This document shows positions 1 to 13,074 of a DNA stretch of 64,000 nt, piece by piece. A program made the translations under genes and the position numbers. The notes beneath the pieces were generated by a model. That model made no database searches, was not told where the DNA came from, and worked only from the letters and a program-made list of their open reading frames with translations. Source of the DNA: the human T2T-CHM13v2.0 reference genome, Homo sapiens; assembly GCF_009914755.1 (NCBI RefSeq), contig NC_060926.1; one strand, written 5' to 3'. Positions within the stretch are counted from its first letter, which is position 1, and each line of letters opens with the position of its first letter.

Positions 1-232
1 AAGTCTGCCATTCAGAAAACTCAGTCGGAGCTGCAATTCAGTTCTTACCCATAGCATTGTCACCTGTTCTGACAATGGACAGTTGTCAGGAAATTCAGTC
101 AGCAAATTCATAGAGAAAATGTGCTTGGTTTAATACTGTCCCTTTGGAAAACAATGACTTTGCTTACTAAGATTTCTGTGTAATTCAAAATGATGGGGAA
201 GACTTATATACTAAATCTACCTCCGTACTCTA

Positions 233-408
233 ATGGTCCCCATCCTTGGCTGCTCATTTGAATCACTGAGAGCATGAGGAAATATGGATGCCCAAATCTC
301 ATTCTCAGAGATTCTTACTTTGATGGCCTGGGAGGGCACCCTAGGCAACAGGATATTCAAAAGCTTCCCAAGTGATTATCATGGCCAGCCAAAGTTGAAA
401 ACAATTGC
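233..408. mobile_element. MER5-like hAT-Charlie MITE remnant
   Basis: Motifs GAATCAC..., CAGAGATTCT..., AAAAGCTTCCCAAGTGATT...GCCAGCCAAAGTTGAAAAC are typical of MER5A/B. Confidence 0.65.
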
Positions 409-1524
409 ATGAGTCCAACTTGCTCTCTGAAATTGTTTTCAGAACTACCCTCCTGTCTTCTCAATCGAATCCAGAACACACTTCTTTGTCTCACCTGAAC
501 TTTAGTTTTACACCTGTTTGGTTCAGTCTCACACACTATTTTAAAATTGTCACCTGGCAGTTCTACAGTATTATGCCTTACTCTGCCCATTAGTGTTTCA
601 ATTTCTAGCCGTGCTATGAAGACTTCACTTTTTTTTTTTGACAGCTGTCTGCAAGCTAATAATTTCTAAAATAAACAAAGTAAAGGATTATACTATAATT
701 CAGTCTTAATTCCTTTTGTTCTTTCTCTCAGTCTTTCTCCTGTATGATTTTCCTGCCCATTGTGACTTGCCCTCTTTCAGGTGGAAGCCTTCCAGGAGAT
801 GAGGAACTCAAACAAACACTGGCTTACACATTATATTCATTTTAAGCTAATCTACTTTGGTATATAATAATTCTCAGAAAAAAAGGGAAAGGCTTAAGTC
901 ATTAAAAATGCTCTTCACTACAAGTATAACAGGGAAGATGATCCCTGAGGATGCCTCATGCTCACCTGTAATTTAGGAAAATGAAGCAATGAAAGAAAAT
1001 GTCTGTGATCTTAAAATATAAGTTTAATAAACAAATACATCTAGTAGTTAGGAGTTAATAAAAAGTAATTAGCAAGCAATGTTCTCTTCTTTACTTTTCA
1101 GTGCTCTCCTTGGGCCCTGAAAATAAAGTTATAAATAAATGAAACAGGAATGATTTTATTCTAACATCAGTTTGACCTCTCGTTGCTCAATCATCAACAG
1201 TGGCTTGTATTCCCTAAGAATGAGTCTTGGAAGATTTAATAGACACTATTCTCTGTATTGCCAAAGTGACATGTAGTTTACTCTAGAATGCTGGGAGCGT
1301 ATGCCTGTTTTCATCCTTACCCAGCAAAAAGGGGAAAAAAATGTAACAATAAGTGCTTTTAGTGTTGAAATTACTTAGATCATATTTTTACAAGTTTGTT
1401 TCACAATATCATTTAACACACTACTTCATTGTGCTTCTGTGGGTAGAGCCACAGAATCTCCAAAATAAGCATTCATTATATACTAGGCAAGCTTCACAAG
1501 AATGTCCCATCTTTATAATTCTAA

Positions 1525-1670
1525 TAAAATCCTCATGAGGTAGGATAATTAAACATATCTTGCAGATAGATAAAGAAACTGAGGCTCAGAGATGTTAAAT
1601 AACTTGTGTACTGTCACTCAAAGGAAAGTGACCTAGCAGACATTCAAAGCTAGACCAACCTGAGCCCAAG
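1525..1670 (-). mobile_element. MIR SINE
   Basis: GAAACTGAGGCTCAGAGATGTTAAATAACTTG is the reverse complement of the MIR core. Confidence 0.8.
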
Positions 1671-1744
1671 TCATGAGAGATTTTCTGATTCAAGAATGAA
1701 ATCTTGGATTCCTCGTTTGAGGTGTTACACCAAAGTGCTACACC

Positions 1745-1975
1745 TTTGTGCTTAAGAGGTTGTACTTTGGAGACAAGACAGATGAGGATATGAATCCTGG
1801 GTTCACCAAATCATAGCCCTTATAAATCTCAGCTTTTTCATTTAAAGGATGAGACTCTTACTACCTGTCACATGGTAGCATTGAACACATTGTCAGGATT
1901 CAAAAGGCATGTGAATAAAACACTCAGCTTGGGCTGGCAAAGGGTAAATATTAAATGATAATAGTGTTATTATTT
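1745..1975 (+). mobile_element. MIR SINE (diverged)
   Basis: GAATCCTGG..TCACC...CTCAGCTTTTTCATTT...AAAACACTCAGC follows the MIR layout. Confidence 0.55.
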
Positions 1976-2199
1976 TTGATGTTAGCATTTGGTGTGTAGA
2001 ATAAGTTAACCATACTTTTATATTTAAATTGTTTGATAGTCTTACTTTGGGGCTTTACTTACTGTATTTACTGTATTTGGAAATACAGAGAATAATGTCT
2101 ATTAAATCTTCCAAGACTCATTCTCAGGGAATACTAGCCACTGTTGATGATTGAGCAAAGCAGCATGACAGGTCAAACTGACATTAGAAGAAAATCATT

Positions 2200-2340
2200 C
2201 TTGTTTGATTTATTTATATTCATTATGCAACATATATTAATATAGCACCTATGAGGGGTCAGGCATTGTTCTTAGAGCTGAGAATACAGTAGTAAACATA
2301 CCAGATAAAAATGTCTGCTCTCATGAATCTTATATTTGTG
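2200..2340 (-). mobile_element. L2 3' end
   Basis: AGCACCTATG...CAGGCATTGTTCT...GAATACAG...CTGCTCTCATG matches the antisense L2 terminus. Confidence 0.75.
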
Positions 2341-3354
2341 CAATTATTGTCTTGCGTTTCTATTAGCAAAAAGATTCAAATCACCATTAGAGAATTAGCT
2401 ATTTAAAACAAAGTCCAGCTGATCTTTCCCATTCTATTTGATATCAAGTATTTCAAAGAGATTTCTTAATTTTAGCCATAAAGTATAAATTTCAGGCATG
2501 AAAAGATTAAGTGTTGCTAACAGCTATCCCAAATTACCCCATTTAAATTTCTTTGGATTAGAAGAAGTACTAAAAATCAATTAGTACCATATAATGGGGC
2601 CTGCATAACTATTTTATTCATTCTCTGTATTTTTTACCTGAAACCATCATGTTTTAAAATACAGAGTCAATTGATTAAGCATGGTACATGCACCTTAATA
2701 TTAACAGCACATTGAAACACACCTAGTAGTTCAGCCAGGAGCAAGACAAAATGAAAGTTCTTGAAAGCCAACTGCAGTAGTTGATAGAACTCAGATGAAG
2801 GTGACATGCCAATTATCTGTTTATTTTTCCATGATCAGAGCAGCAAAAGGCAGAAGGATGTCAGATGGATATAGATTAAAGTAAGGGACTGAAACTCTGA
2901 GGGTTAACACCTTCACGTTTTTCTTGTTCTTCCTTTGCTTTCTACTTATGTTTCTGTCTTTTTCTTTCTCCTGATGCTGCAGGAATTTGAGTGAAAGAAT
3001 CTGAACTAGTCTAAAAAATACTGAGGATACTGTAAAGAAGTTTGGGGAGAAATCCAGGCAGATAAAATAAGATAACATTGTTCTGTGTAGGTTGGAATTA
3101 CTCAACTTTTTAAAAAGCTCTGAAAATTATTTCAAAATGTAAACTTGCTGGAACAATTTAAACAGCCTCTCAAACTGCCTCATCATTTATGACTCCATTC
3201 CATTGAAATCGTCTCTCTAACTTGTACACCAGATTTTCTGGGTTCTCTTTTCTTAGCCTATGCTTGTAAGCATAACCATTTTCTATGGCTGTTAACATGT
3301 TGCTGATTGATCTTTTTTTAAAATCTATTACTAATATAAGAGAATAATCAAAGC

Positions 3355-3460
3355 TGTGGGTATACTTTAAGAGGAAGATAAAGGCAGAGAACAACACTTA
3401 TTACTTAATGTGGGTGTACTTTAAGAGGAAGATAAAGGCAAAGAGAAAAACTCTTAATTA
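3355..3460 (+). repeat. Two-copy tandem duplication, 54-bp period
   Basis: TGTGGGT(A/G)TACTTTAAGAGGAAGATAAAGGCA occurs at 3355 and 3409. Confidence 0.9.
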
Positions 3461-3547
3461 AAAGTAAGTTAATATTTTGTGTTTGAAAATGCACATGCAG
3501 TATGATTTTTATTTGCAATGACAGGAAGGATGGTATCAATCAATGGT

Positions 3548-3920
3548 TGTATTGATTGTGTTAGATATCTTCCATCGCATCTGCAAGTCATCTCTCCCTC
3601 TTTTCCCTTATCTGCCCTATGGGACTCTTCTGTATGGACTACTTGCTTTCTGGCTTCTAGGTGGGATTGGCCAATGGGGAGCCTTAATAGGAGATGGATG
3701 AGGTCAAGATGTTTATTCTCCTTGTTCTTTCCTTACTCTTTCCTTATAAGGTTGCCTCAGGCTGGCCTTATCAAGGCTTCAAGGGGAGGCCCTCTCAACC
3801 CAACTTCTTCCTGTAGTGTTTTGGTAACTACTCTCTTCCCTTGCTCCTTCAGGCCTAGGGATAATGGAGAACCCTGCTCTTGAGTTTCCTCTACCATGCT
3901 TACACCTCTTTAAACAGGCC
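3548..3920 (+). mobile_element. ERVL LTR, LTR33-like
   Basis: CTGGCTTCTAGGTGGGATTGGCCAATGGG...AGGAGAT...GAGGTC...TTTATTC. Confidence 0.6.
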
Positions 3921-4074
3921 CTGTGGTTTCAGATTCATTCATTCCCTGCCCCATTCTTGCCCTCTCTTGCCTTCCCCTCTTTATTCCTTTCTAGGACATC
4001 TCCAGCTTTATTTCAGCATTCACCTTCCCCATTTCCCCCCCATGAAAGGTGATATTGCACTGTAGCCTTGCAGC

Positions 4075-4508
4075 ATATATCAGGATTAGTCTAGCAAATC
4101 ATTTTAATCCTATTTATCTTTCCAATGATTGCTTTATACATGTTCATGTGACCTAGGCCTGGTCCATGAGGCCTGAGGAAAAGACTGCATTCAGAGAGTT
4201 TTGGAGGGCTTTTTCTTCCCCCCAAAAAGAGACTTGTTGAAGAAAAATCTTCCTCTTTGAGGCTAGATGCTTTTGTGTTTGTATGTGACTCCCGGAGCTG
4301 CAACTATCTTGCAGCCATGAGGAAGACATCTCTGCCATACTGTGCATGAATGAGCAGGAAGGTGAATTCCCAGGTCCATACTGATGCCTTTGTGCCTCTG
4401 CACAGACTCGGAACCACCTATCTTGTTATGTGCAATTGTTTGCCCATTATTAACTAAATGATTTACAGTGACTTTTCTGTCATTTTGCAGCTCAAGACAC
4501 CCTGAAAG
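4075..4508 (+). mobile_element. ERVL/MaLR LTR, LTR16-like
   Basis: CATGTGACCTAGGCCTGG, GGAGCTGCA..ATCTTGCAGCCATGAGG, and a 3' end TTTTCTGTCATTTTGCAGCT. Confidence 0.55.
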
Positions 4509-4594
4509 AATTATTTTTCTGAAGAAAGAGATCTAGAATAAAAATTTGACTTGACAAATACCACTTCAAGTTACTCTTAAAAATTGAAGGAGAA

Positions 4595-4917
<323 letters not shown>

Positions 4918-5122
4918 TCAGTGATTATAATTCATTTCTTAATTGTGTATATACTCTTATGGCATAGACATAGGTAAGAAAAAAATATCTAACTCTAATT
5001 TCTTGGAAAATTATTTTAGACTAATAAGTGAACCTTTAATATGAAGAAATTTCAGTAATTGTACAGTAACAGTAGAAATTATCCAGCAGTGTTGTAGTCA
5101 AAGAAAATCAAAGCTCATCTGG

Positions 5123-5506
5123 TGTCTTAGTCTATTTAGGCTACTATAACAAAGCACTATAAATTGGATGGTTTATAAATAACAGACATTGACTTCTCAC
5201 ACTTTTGGTGGTTGGAAGTCCAAGATAGGGACACCAGCATGGTTGGGCTCTGGAGAGGACTCTCTTTTAGGTTGCAGATGGCTGACTTCTTTTTGTATTT
5301 TCACATAGCAAAAGGAAAGGGAATGTGCTAGCTCTCTGACATCTTGCTATAAGAGCACTAATACTATCTATGAGGGCCCCACCTTTGAGATCTAATTACC
5401 TCCCAAAGGCCCTACCTCCTAGTACCATCACATTGAGGTTAACATATCAACTATGAATTTTGGCAGTAGGGGGTAGGGCCACAAATAAATATTCAGTCCA
5501 TTGCAT
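5123..5506 (-). mobile_element. MaLR solo LTR (MLT1A-like)
   Basis: TGTCTTAGTC...GCTACTATAACAAA...GGAAGTCCAAGAT...CTAATTACCTCCCAAAGGCCC...ATTCAGTCCATTGCA. Confidence 0.85.
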
Positions 5507-5839
5507 TTGGTCTTAAAATGTTTAATCATGTATGTCATTGATTTAATCAAAACTGAGATATTTTACAAATAATTATTTCTATAGAAGGAAAAACGATTAT
5601 GAGTTGCTCCTGACTGACAGACTTAAAACCTTAGTTATGAAAACAATGATCACTTTACTCTCTGGACTATGCAGGTTTTCTTTTATCTTGTCTAGAAGCC
5701 CTCTCACATTCTCTTGACCCATCAGTTCTATCAGTCTTTCATGATCATCCTCAGGGCCTGCATGCCCCAAGAAGCTTTTCCTGGTCCCTCAAAGGACTGT
5801 GCTTTTCCTTTCTTGTAAGACACAGCATGAATTCACTAC

Positions 5840-7002
<1,163 letters not shown>

Positions 7003-7069
7003 TGAATTCACTACTTTTTATAGTTAAGGGCATTTAGACTAACGGACCTAGAGGAATGTTCAGCTTTCT

Positions 7070-7450
7070 TACTTAAGGATGAAACCCAACATTTTTAATC
7101 TGGCCTGAATATTTTTCTAAGATCTGGCCCCACCAGGTTTACCAGCCTCAGTCTGTCTCACAGTGAGTGGTCTGGCCACTCAGGCCCTTCTTTCAGTTCT
7201 TCAAACACCCCTCAGCTTTCACCCTACTCTTCCCCTAGCTGGGGTTCTCTTCTCGGCATGCTCCCCTTCATCATAATAAGTCCTACTCAGCCTTCAGACC
7301 CTTGAGAATTGTTAGTTTCCCCATTCTTTGCTTTTCTAGTATTATATGCCTTTTCTGTGGCAGGAATACCTGCCTCAATTGTAGTTTTGTGCACGTGATT
7401 ATATTGGAAATGTCATCTTTGGTCCTTTGAGAATCTCCTTCTTTGGGTAT
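7070..7450 (+). mobile_element. L2 remnant
   Basis: Pyrimidine-rich GATCTGGCCCC..., TCTGGCCAC...GGCCCTTCTTTCAGTTCTTCAAACAC resembles the L2 3' region. Confidence 0.5.
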
Positions 7451-8864
7451 ATTTGGGAAAAGGAGCTTTAACTCCTGGCCATTTTGAATTTGCCCAGGTG
7501 GCACTGACTTCACCACACCAAGGGCTCTTCTTTTTTACTCTCAGCAATGCCTGGGATACTACTTGCTTTGCTTCCCCTTGTGGGACTCCAGGACCACTGT
7601 CTTTTTCAGTCCTTGCTGCTAGCCTCAGTAGGAGATGATGTGAGGGAGGCCACAATTCCCTTTATTGACCTTTAACTTAATTACCCACAATCTTACTAAC
7701 AAAAGGCTGTCCACGTGTAATACACTTTATTGAGGAGTTAGGGATTATCAGAGGATATTACAGTATAGGAGAAAAATACCTTGAAACTAGATGTGAAATG
7801 TCACTATTACAAAAGTTCAAAGGACGTAATTTCACATAGAGGTCCTCCTTAGAAGCAGCTTCAATTCTTAATCCTTTTTCCCAAGCTTAAGTCTGCTCTA
7901 CTTCACACCTTGGAGAGTAAGATCTTTTCTTCAGACTATCATGGGACACATTTTGATCCATTTATTCAACTCCTTACTCAGAACTGCTGATCTAGTTCAT
8001 AACTCTTGCCTCTCTGCCTACAAGGTTTAGCTAAAGGATGCAATTAACCACAGTAAAACATTTCTTAAAATCTGAATTCTGCCTAAAATAACACTATGGT
8101 GTCATTCTATAAGACCATTTAGAGAGTTTTTCATTTTAAGGTAGCTAACCTTAGTAGTCTTTCTACTCCTGTGAAATGAAGATATGTTTCCTTTTTCTCT
8201 TAAATCTCCTGGTAGGAACTGTTGGAACATTTACACACACATGCACACCTTTTAGAGAAAACAGTAATTTTCATAAACTGCACAGCTTATATTCATATTA
8301 AGGAACAAAAATTTTTCTCTAAATCTAACTTAATCTGTGCAGTCTACCATCTCCTCAATGGAGATGAAAGTTCATGTAGCTAGAAGACTCTTTTCCCTTG
8401 TTTACTCTCCTGCTTTTATAAATAGATCACACTTAGAAGCTTATCAATGTGAAACAGGGCCCGTTATTGTGCCTTTCCAAACAACAAAGCTATCTACTCT
8501 TTAGGACAAGCAAACAAACATAGAAGCTTTCAATGACAGTTTTTCATGTACCTTGTGTCAACTTAAATTCCTGAGAAGGGTGCTCTTTCCCACAGGCCTG
8601 TGTAATCTAGGTATTTATCTTTTTCCCTATCTAGGACATACCCCAATCAAGAGTCTAGGAGGGAGATGGCTATTTTATTTGCACATAGGATAAAACTACT
8701 TAATATGTGTCTTTTGTGCTAAAAATTTAAACTCCTAAAGCCATAAATGGTAGCTGTTTTATTCGTGACTTAGCCCTTGGGGCTACCACAGTAGCATACC
8801 TCAATAAGTACATATGAGATGAAGAAATGGAGGAGTAAAAGAAAAAAGATTGGACCTACGAGGG

Positions 8865-9000
8865 ACATTAGAGATCCTTCTTAATGGGGATGCAAAGACA
8901 CAGAGAGGTTGAGCAACTTGATTTACATCACACAGGTAGTGAGTGGAAACATTCAAAGAGGAATATAGGTTTCATAGCCAACACTTATCTCACCACGTTT
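8865..9000 (-). mobile_element. MIR remnant
   Basis: GACACAGAGAGGTTGAGCAACTTG...TCACACAGGTAGTGAGTGG. Confidence 0.65.
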
Positions 9001-9329
9001 GACCAGAACGTTATCTAATTCACTGTCCCAGCAATGGTACATGTCACTACTCTACCCCTAACAAGGGGCTTAAGAAGCCTACTTGGAGACCTATCTGTGG
9101 GAGAGCAAAGGGACATGTCAGTTTCACAGCACCTGAAAGGCAGACAGAGTATTAAGCCAATGACTCAGATATAAGAAGAACACAGGCAGCCAATTATTAC
9201 CAGACTGGGGGAGAGAAAGCCACATTTTCAAGAAACAAGACTAGAATCTAGGTCAGATTGGAGTGTGGGGAAGAGTCCTAGGAAGGGGAAACTTCAAGTA
9301 CAAAGATGCTAAAAGACAAGATGCTTGAC

Positions 9330-9645
9330 AAGGCCAAGGAACAGCAAGGAGTCAGTGTAGATCAGGGGAGTGAACAAGTGGAATTAGCTTAGAGGTAGGC
9401 AAGGCTAATCTACTCCTCTCTCAGGGCTTTGTAGGCCAGGGCTATGTGATTTCATGGGCAATACAGGCATTTGAAGGGTCACAGACAAAGAGGAGCCATG
9501 ATCTGATTTACATTTTTAAATTGTTCTGACCACAGTTTGAGGAAGGATGAGGTCACCAGGAGAAAGAACAGAAGCAAGAAAACCACTGAAAGGTGATTGC
9601 AATGGACAAGGTCAGTCCTGATAGTGGGCTTGGGCTAGGGAGGTC
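9330..9645 (-). mobile_element. L2 internal fragment
   Basis: AGGGCTTTGTAGGCCA..., CATGATCTGATTTACATTTTTAAA..., GATAGTGGGCTTGGGCTAGG. Confidence 0.7.
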
Positions 9646-10009
9646 ACCATCTCCATACATGTCACCTGTCTAGATCTGATTAGAAATAATCACTTTCTGC
9701 TCTGCCTTCCCATGTCCTTTTTGACATTCAGCCTCTTAATTTGATTGTATGTCTGTATGTCTTATGTCACCTACAAGATTATAGGTTCCCTGTCGACTTC
9801 TGCAGCCTATGTAGATTTCAGTGTAGTGCCTTGCTCAGATCAGCAGTCAGTCAAATTTTATTTGAATGTGAAGTAGCTATTTCAATAGAGATTCTCATGT
9901 GACAAATGAGTTTCATGGTCAATTAGTGGGAACTGACTACGCTTTTCGGGTTTTGCCTGAGAGAACTTTATTTAAATGTTTAAATGTAAATTAACGTTAA
10001 AAGAGAACT

Positions 10010-10170
10010 GTGGCACTTAGTATTTTGTCTTATATTATAGCTATATGTGTATGTAGCTTATTTCCCCTACTAGATCATGAGCTACTTGAAGGCAATTTAC
10101 TGTATTTTGTTCATAATTTTATACCTCAGTACACATAGTTGAGTATTCAATAGATACGTATTTATTAGGT
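10010..10170 (+). mobile_element. L2 3' end
   Basis: TCCCCTACTAGATCATGAGCTACTTGAAGGCA...GTATTCAATAGATA. Confidence 0.65.
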
Positions 10171-10863
10171 TAGATCTAGGGAAATATTTTTGCAATGTAT
10201 GTTGGTTGCAGCTAGGAATGGTTTGCTGCTCTCTTAATGACTAGAACATAATCACATCCATGGAGCCACAATATCTGTTTGGTTACCTAATAAACCTCTC
10301 AGCTATTCTCATGGCTGTTACTAAAGAAGGGACATTGGCAGTGAGCACTGAAAACCTAAGGAAGGTCTGGTACTGGAAGTTGCTTTTTTACTTGCTTTTT
10401 TCATCCTTGCATGTCCACAGCTTACTTTCTTTTAGCTTTGATTCTTCCTAATGTGTCTGCTTGTTCCCTGTGTCAGTAATAATAAACTGAAAGTAACAGT
10501 AGCATGTTTAATTTGTGGTCTTGTTCACTGAAATAAGGTTCAGTAGATAAATGGGAAGACGATGGGGTAGCAGGGGACAGGAGGGAAATAAACAGCTACT
10601 TGTGGGCAAACAGTGAGTTGGAACAAAAGATTCAAAGTCTTCACTGATGTGAAAGTCAGCAGAAAAATGACAAAACCTAAAAGGAACAAATCCAAGAAAG
10701 GGTTTATCTTCCCTCTTTGGCTTTGGTCCTCCCCCTACCTTTACCCAATTAACCTGATAGAGAGTCAGGGAGATGAGGAAGGCATTGAACAGTTGATAGA
10801 AGGAATAAAACTGATAACTAACACTGGCTGAGTGTGTACTGAGGTCCAGGGATTAGTCAATGA

Positions 10864-11260
<397 letters not shown>

Positions 11261-12472
11261 TTTACTAATGGAACTTTCCCAAAGTCAAGAGAAATTGAGA
11301 GGAATTTCAAGACATGTGGTCCAGAGCTATTTATATCCATGTAAAGATAGAAAGAAAAATCGATTATAGATTCCAGAAGAGTACCTTGAGATTTATTTCC
11401 TCCTCCTGGATCTCTTCCTTGAACAAAGTCTGTTACTAAACACTGACACCATGCTATAGTTTAGTAGGATGAGAAAATGCTTCTGGTTGCAGTTATCTCT
11501 ATTGTACTCCATAAATTATACAGGTCTTTTCTGAGGCAGCCTATTTAAACATGTTGACTTACCCTTCTTGTAAAATGTTTATAGATATGATTTGCTACAG
11601 GGAACTATTTTAAAGACTCCAGGCACTGTTGGGAACTATTAAAACAGCTAACTATAAACTAGTTACTAGGGGTATGGAAATTAGAGTCTTTGAGGGTCAG
11701 GTAACAATCACCACCACAAACCAGAGGGAAGATAAGACATAACAAAGTAAGAAGAAAAATCCAAATATTTAAATAGCAAATTTGACAGGATACAGGCACT
11801 TACATGGCAGCCTAAGAAAACCTGTCATGGGATAGAACAAGAATTTATTATAGCTGAAGTAGGCCAAATGCAAACACACTGTTGTCTTAAAAAAATTAAA
11901 AGGACTAACTCAAATATCAATGAAGGAAGACAAATATGCACACAGGGAAGACATACAATTCGGTCACGTCAGTATCCCTGCTCTGCAAAAGCTGTTAAGT
12001 CACAGATTTAACAAGCCAAGGTGAATTGGGGCTCTAAATTCACACATACTCTAGAATTATACTACAATAGCTGTCCAAGTGTTAAGTATCATTTAAAGAT
12101 GCAAACCCAAAATCCTAGAGGGAAAGTGTTCACTTCTTTAGCATAAATAAAATGGAAATAACTTACTGATTAAAATGATAGCACCACTGGGCTTAATGTA
12201 ATGCATGTCCATTTTTTGAAAAAAAAAAAAAAAAAAAAATGGCGTTTAAGATTGGTCCAGAGAGGAGGAGATGAGTGAGATTCAAACAAACATTTCTTGA
12301 GCTTAAGTGCTTACTATTTAAATAAGTATTATCAACCTTACTCTAAATTTTGGAAAACTGGGATGTAGAGATGTTAGAAAAAGAGAGAGGAAGGAAGGAG
12401 GGAAGGGAAACATTTTCTTGAGGTCATAAAGTTGGCATATGATAGAGTCAGACTGACACACAGACTAGTATA

Positions 12473-12806
12473 CAGTTATGCACCCCAAAATGATATTTTG
12501 ATCAATGAAGTACCACGTGTATGACAGTGGTTCCATAAGGTTATAATACCGTATTTTTACAGAGCCTTTTCTAGTTTTAGATATACAAATACCATTGCAT
12601 TACAATTGCCTACAGTATTCAGTACAGCAACATGCTGTATAGGTTAATAGCCTAGGAGCAATCGGCTAACCCATATAGCCTAGGTATGCAGTACAGTATA
12701 ACCATATAAGTTTGTGGAAGTACACTCGATGACATTTGTATACAAGAAAATCACCTAACAATGCCTTTCGTAGAATGGATTCCTGTCATTAAGTGGGGCA
12801 TGACTG
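12473..12806. mobile_element. Tigger3a/MER7-type TcMar MITE
   Basis: TIRs CAGTTATGCACC...GGGCATGACTG with TA on both sides; internal TACAATTGCCTACAGTATTCAGTACAG and AGCCTAGGAGCAAT. Confidence 0.88.
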
Positions 12807-13074
12807 TAATTCTTTCTACTACACCACTCTCTTATTTAACAAATGCTCAAATAGATTAAAGGAAAATCTGTTGAAATCCATGTTATCAACAGAGGTCAGA
12901 CCCTCATAGAAATGTAAACTCTCAACCCAGCAATGAAAAAAAAGAGCATTTTTTTCTACTGTTACTAATAATAGATACAGGCTGGTGTTTTCCAGTGGAT
13001 TGAGAAGATAATAAAAAATGAAGACTAAATGACATTTTAGTCACTTGTGATCACTTTGGGGAGCAAATTCTGTA

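Noticed and set aside
48-141. Minus-strand exon ending at a TGG|GTAAGA donor
   Set aside because: Weak acceptor, stop codons in all three frames, and no other support
3355-3460. CRISPR-like repeat-spacer array
   Set aside because: Only two copies, the 'spacers' resemble each other, there are no cas genes, and the context is primate DNA
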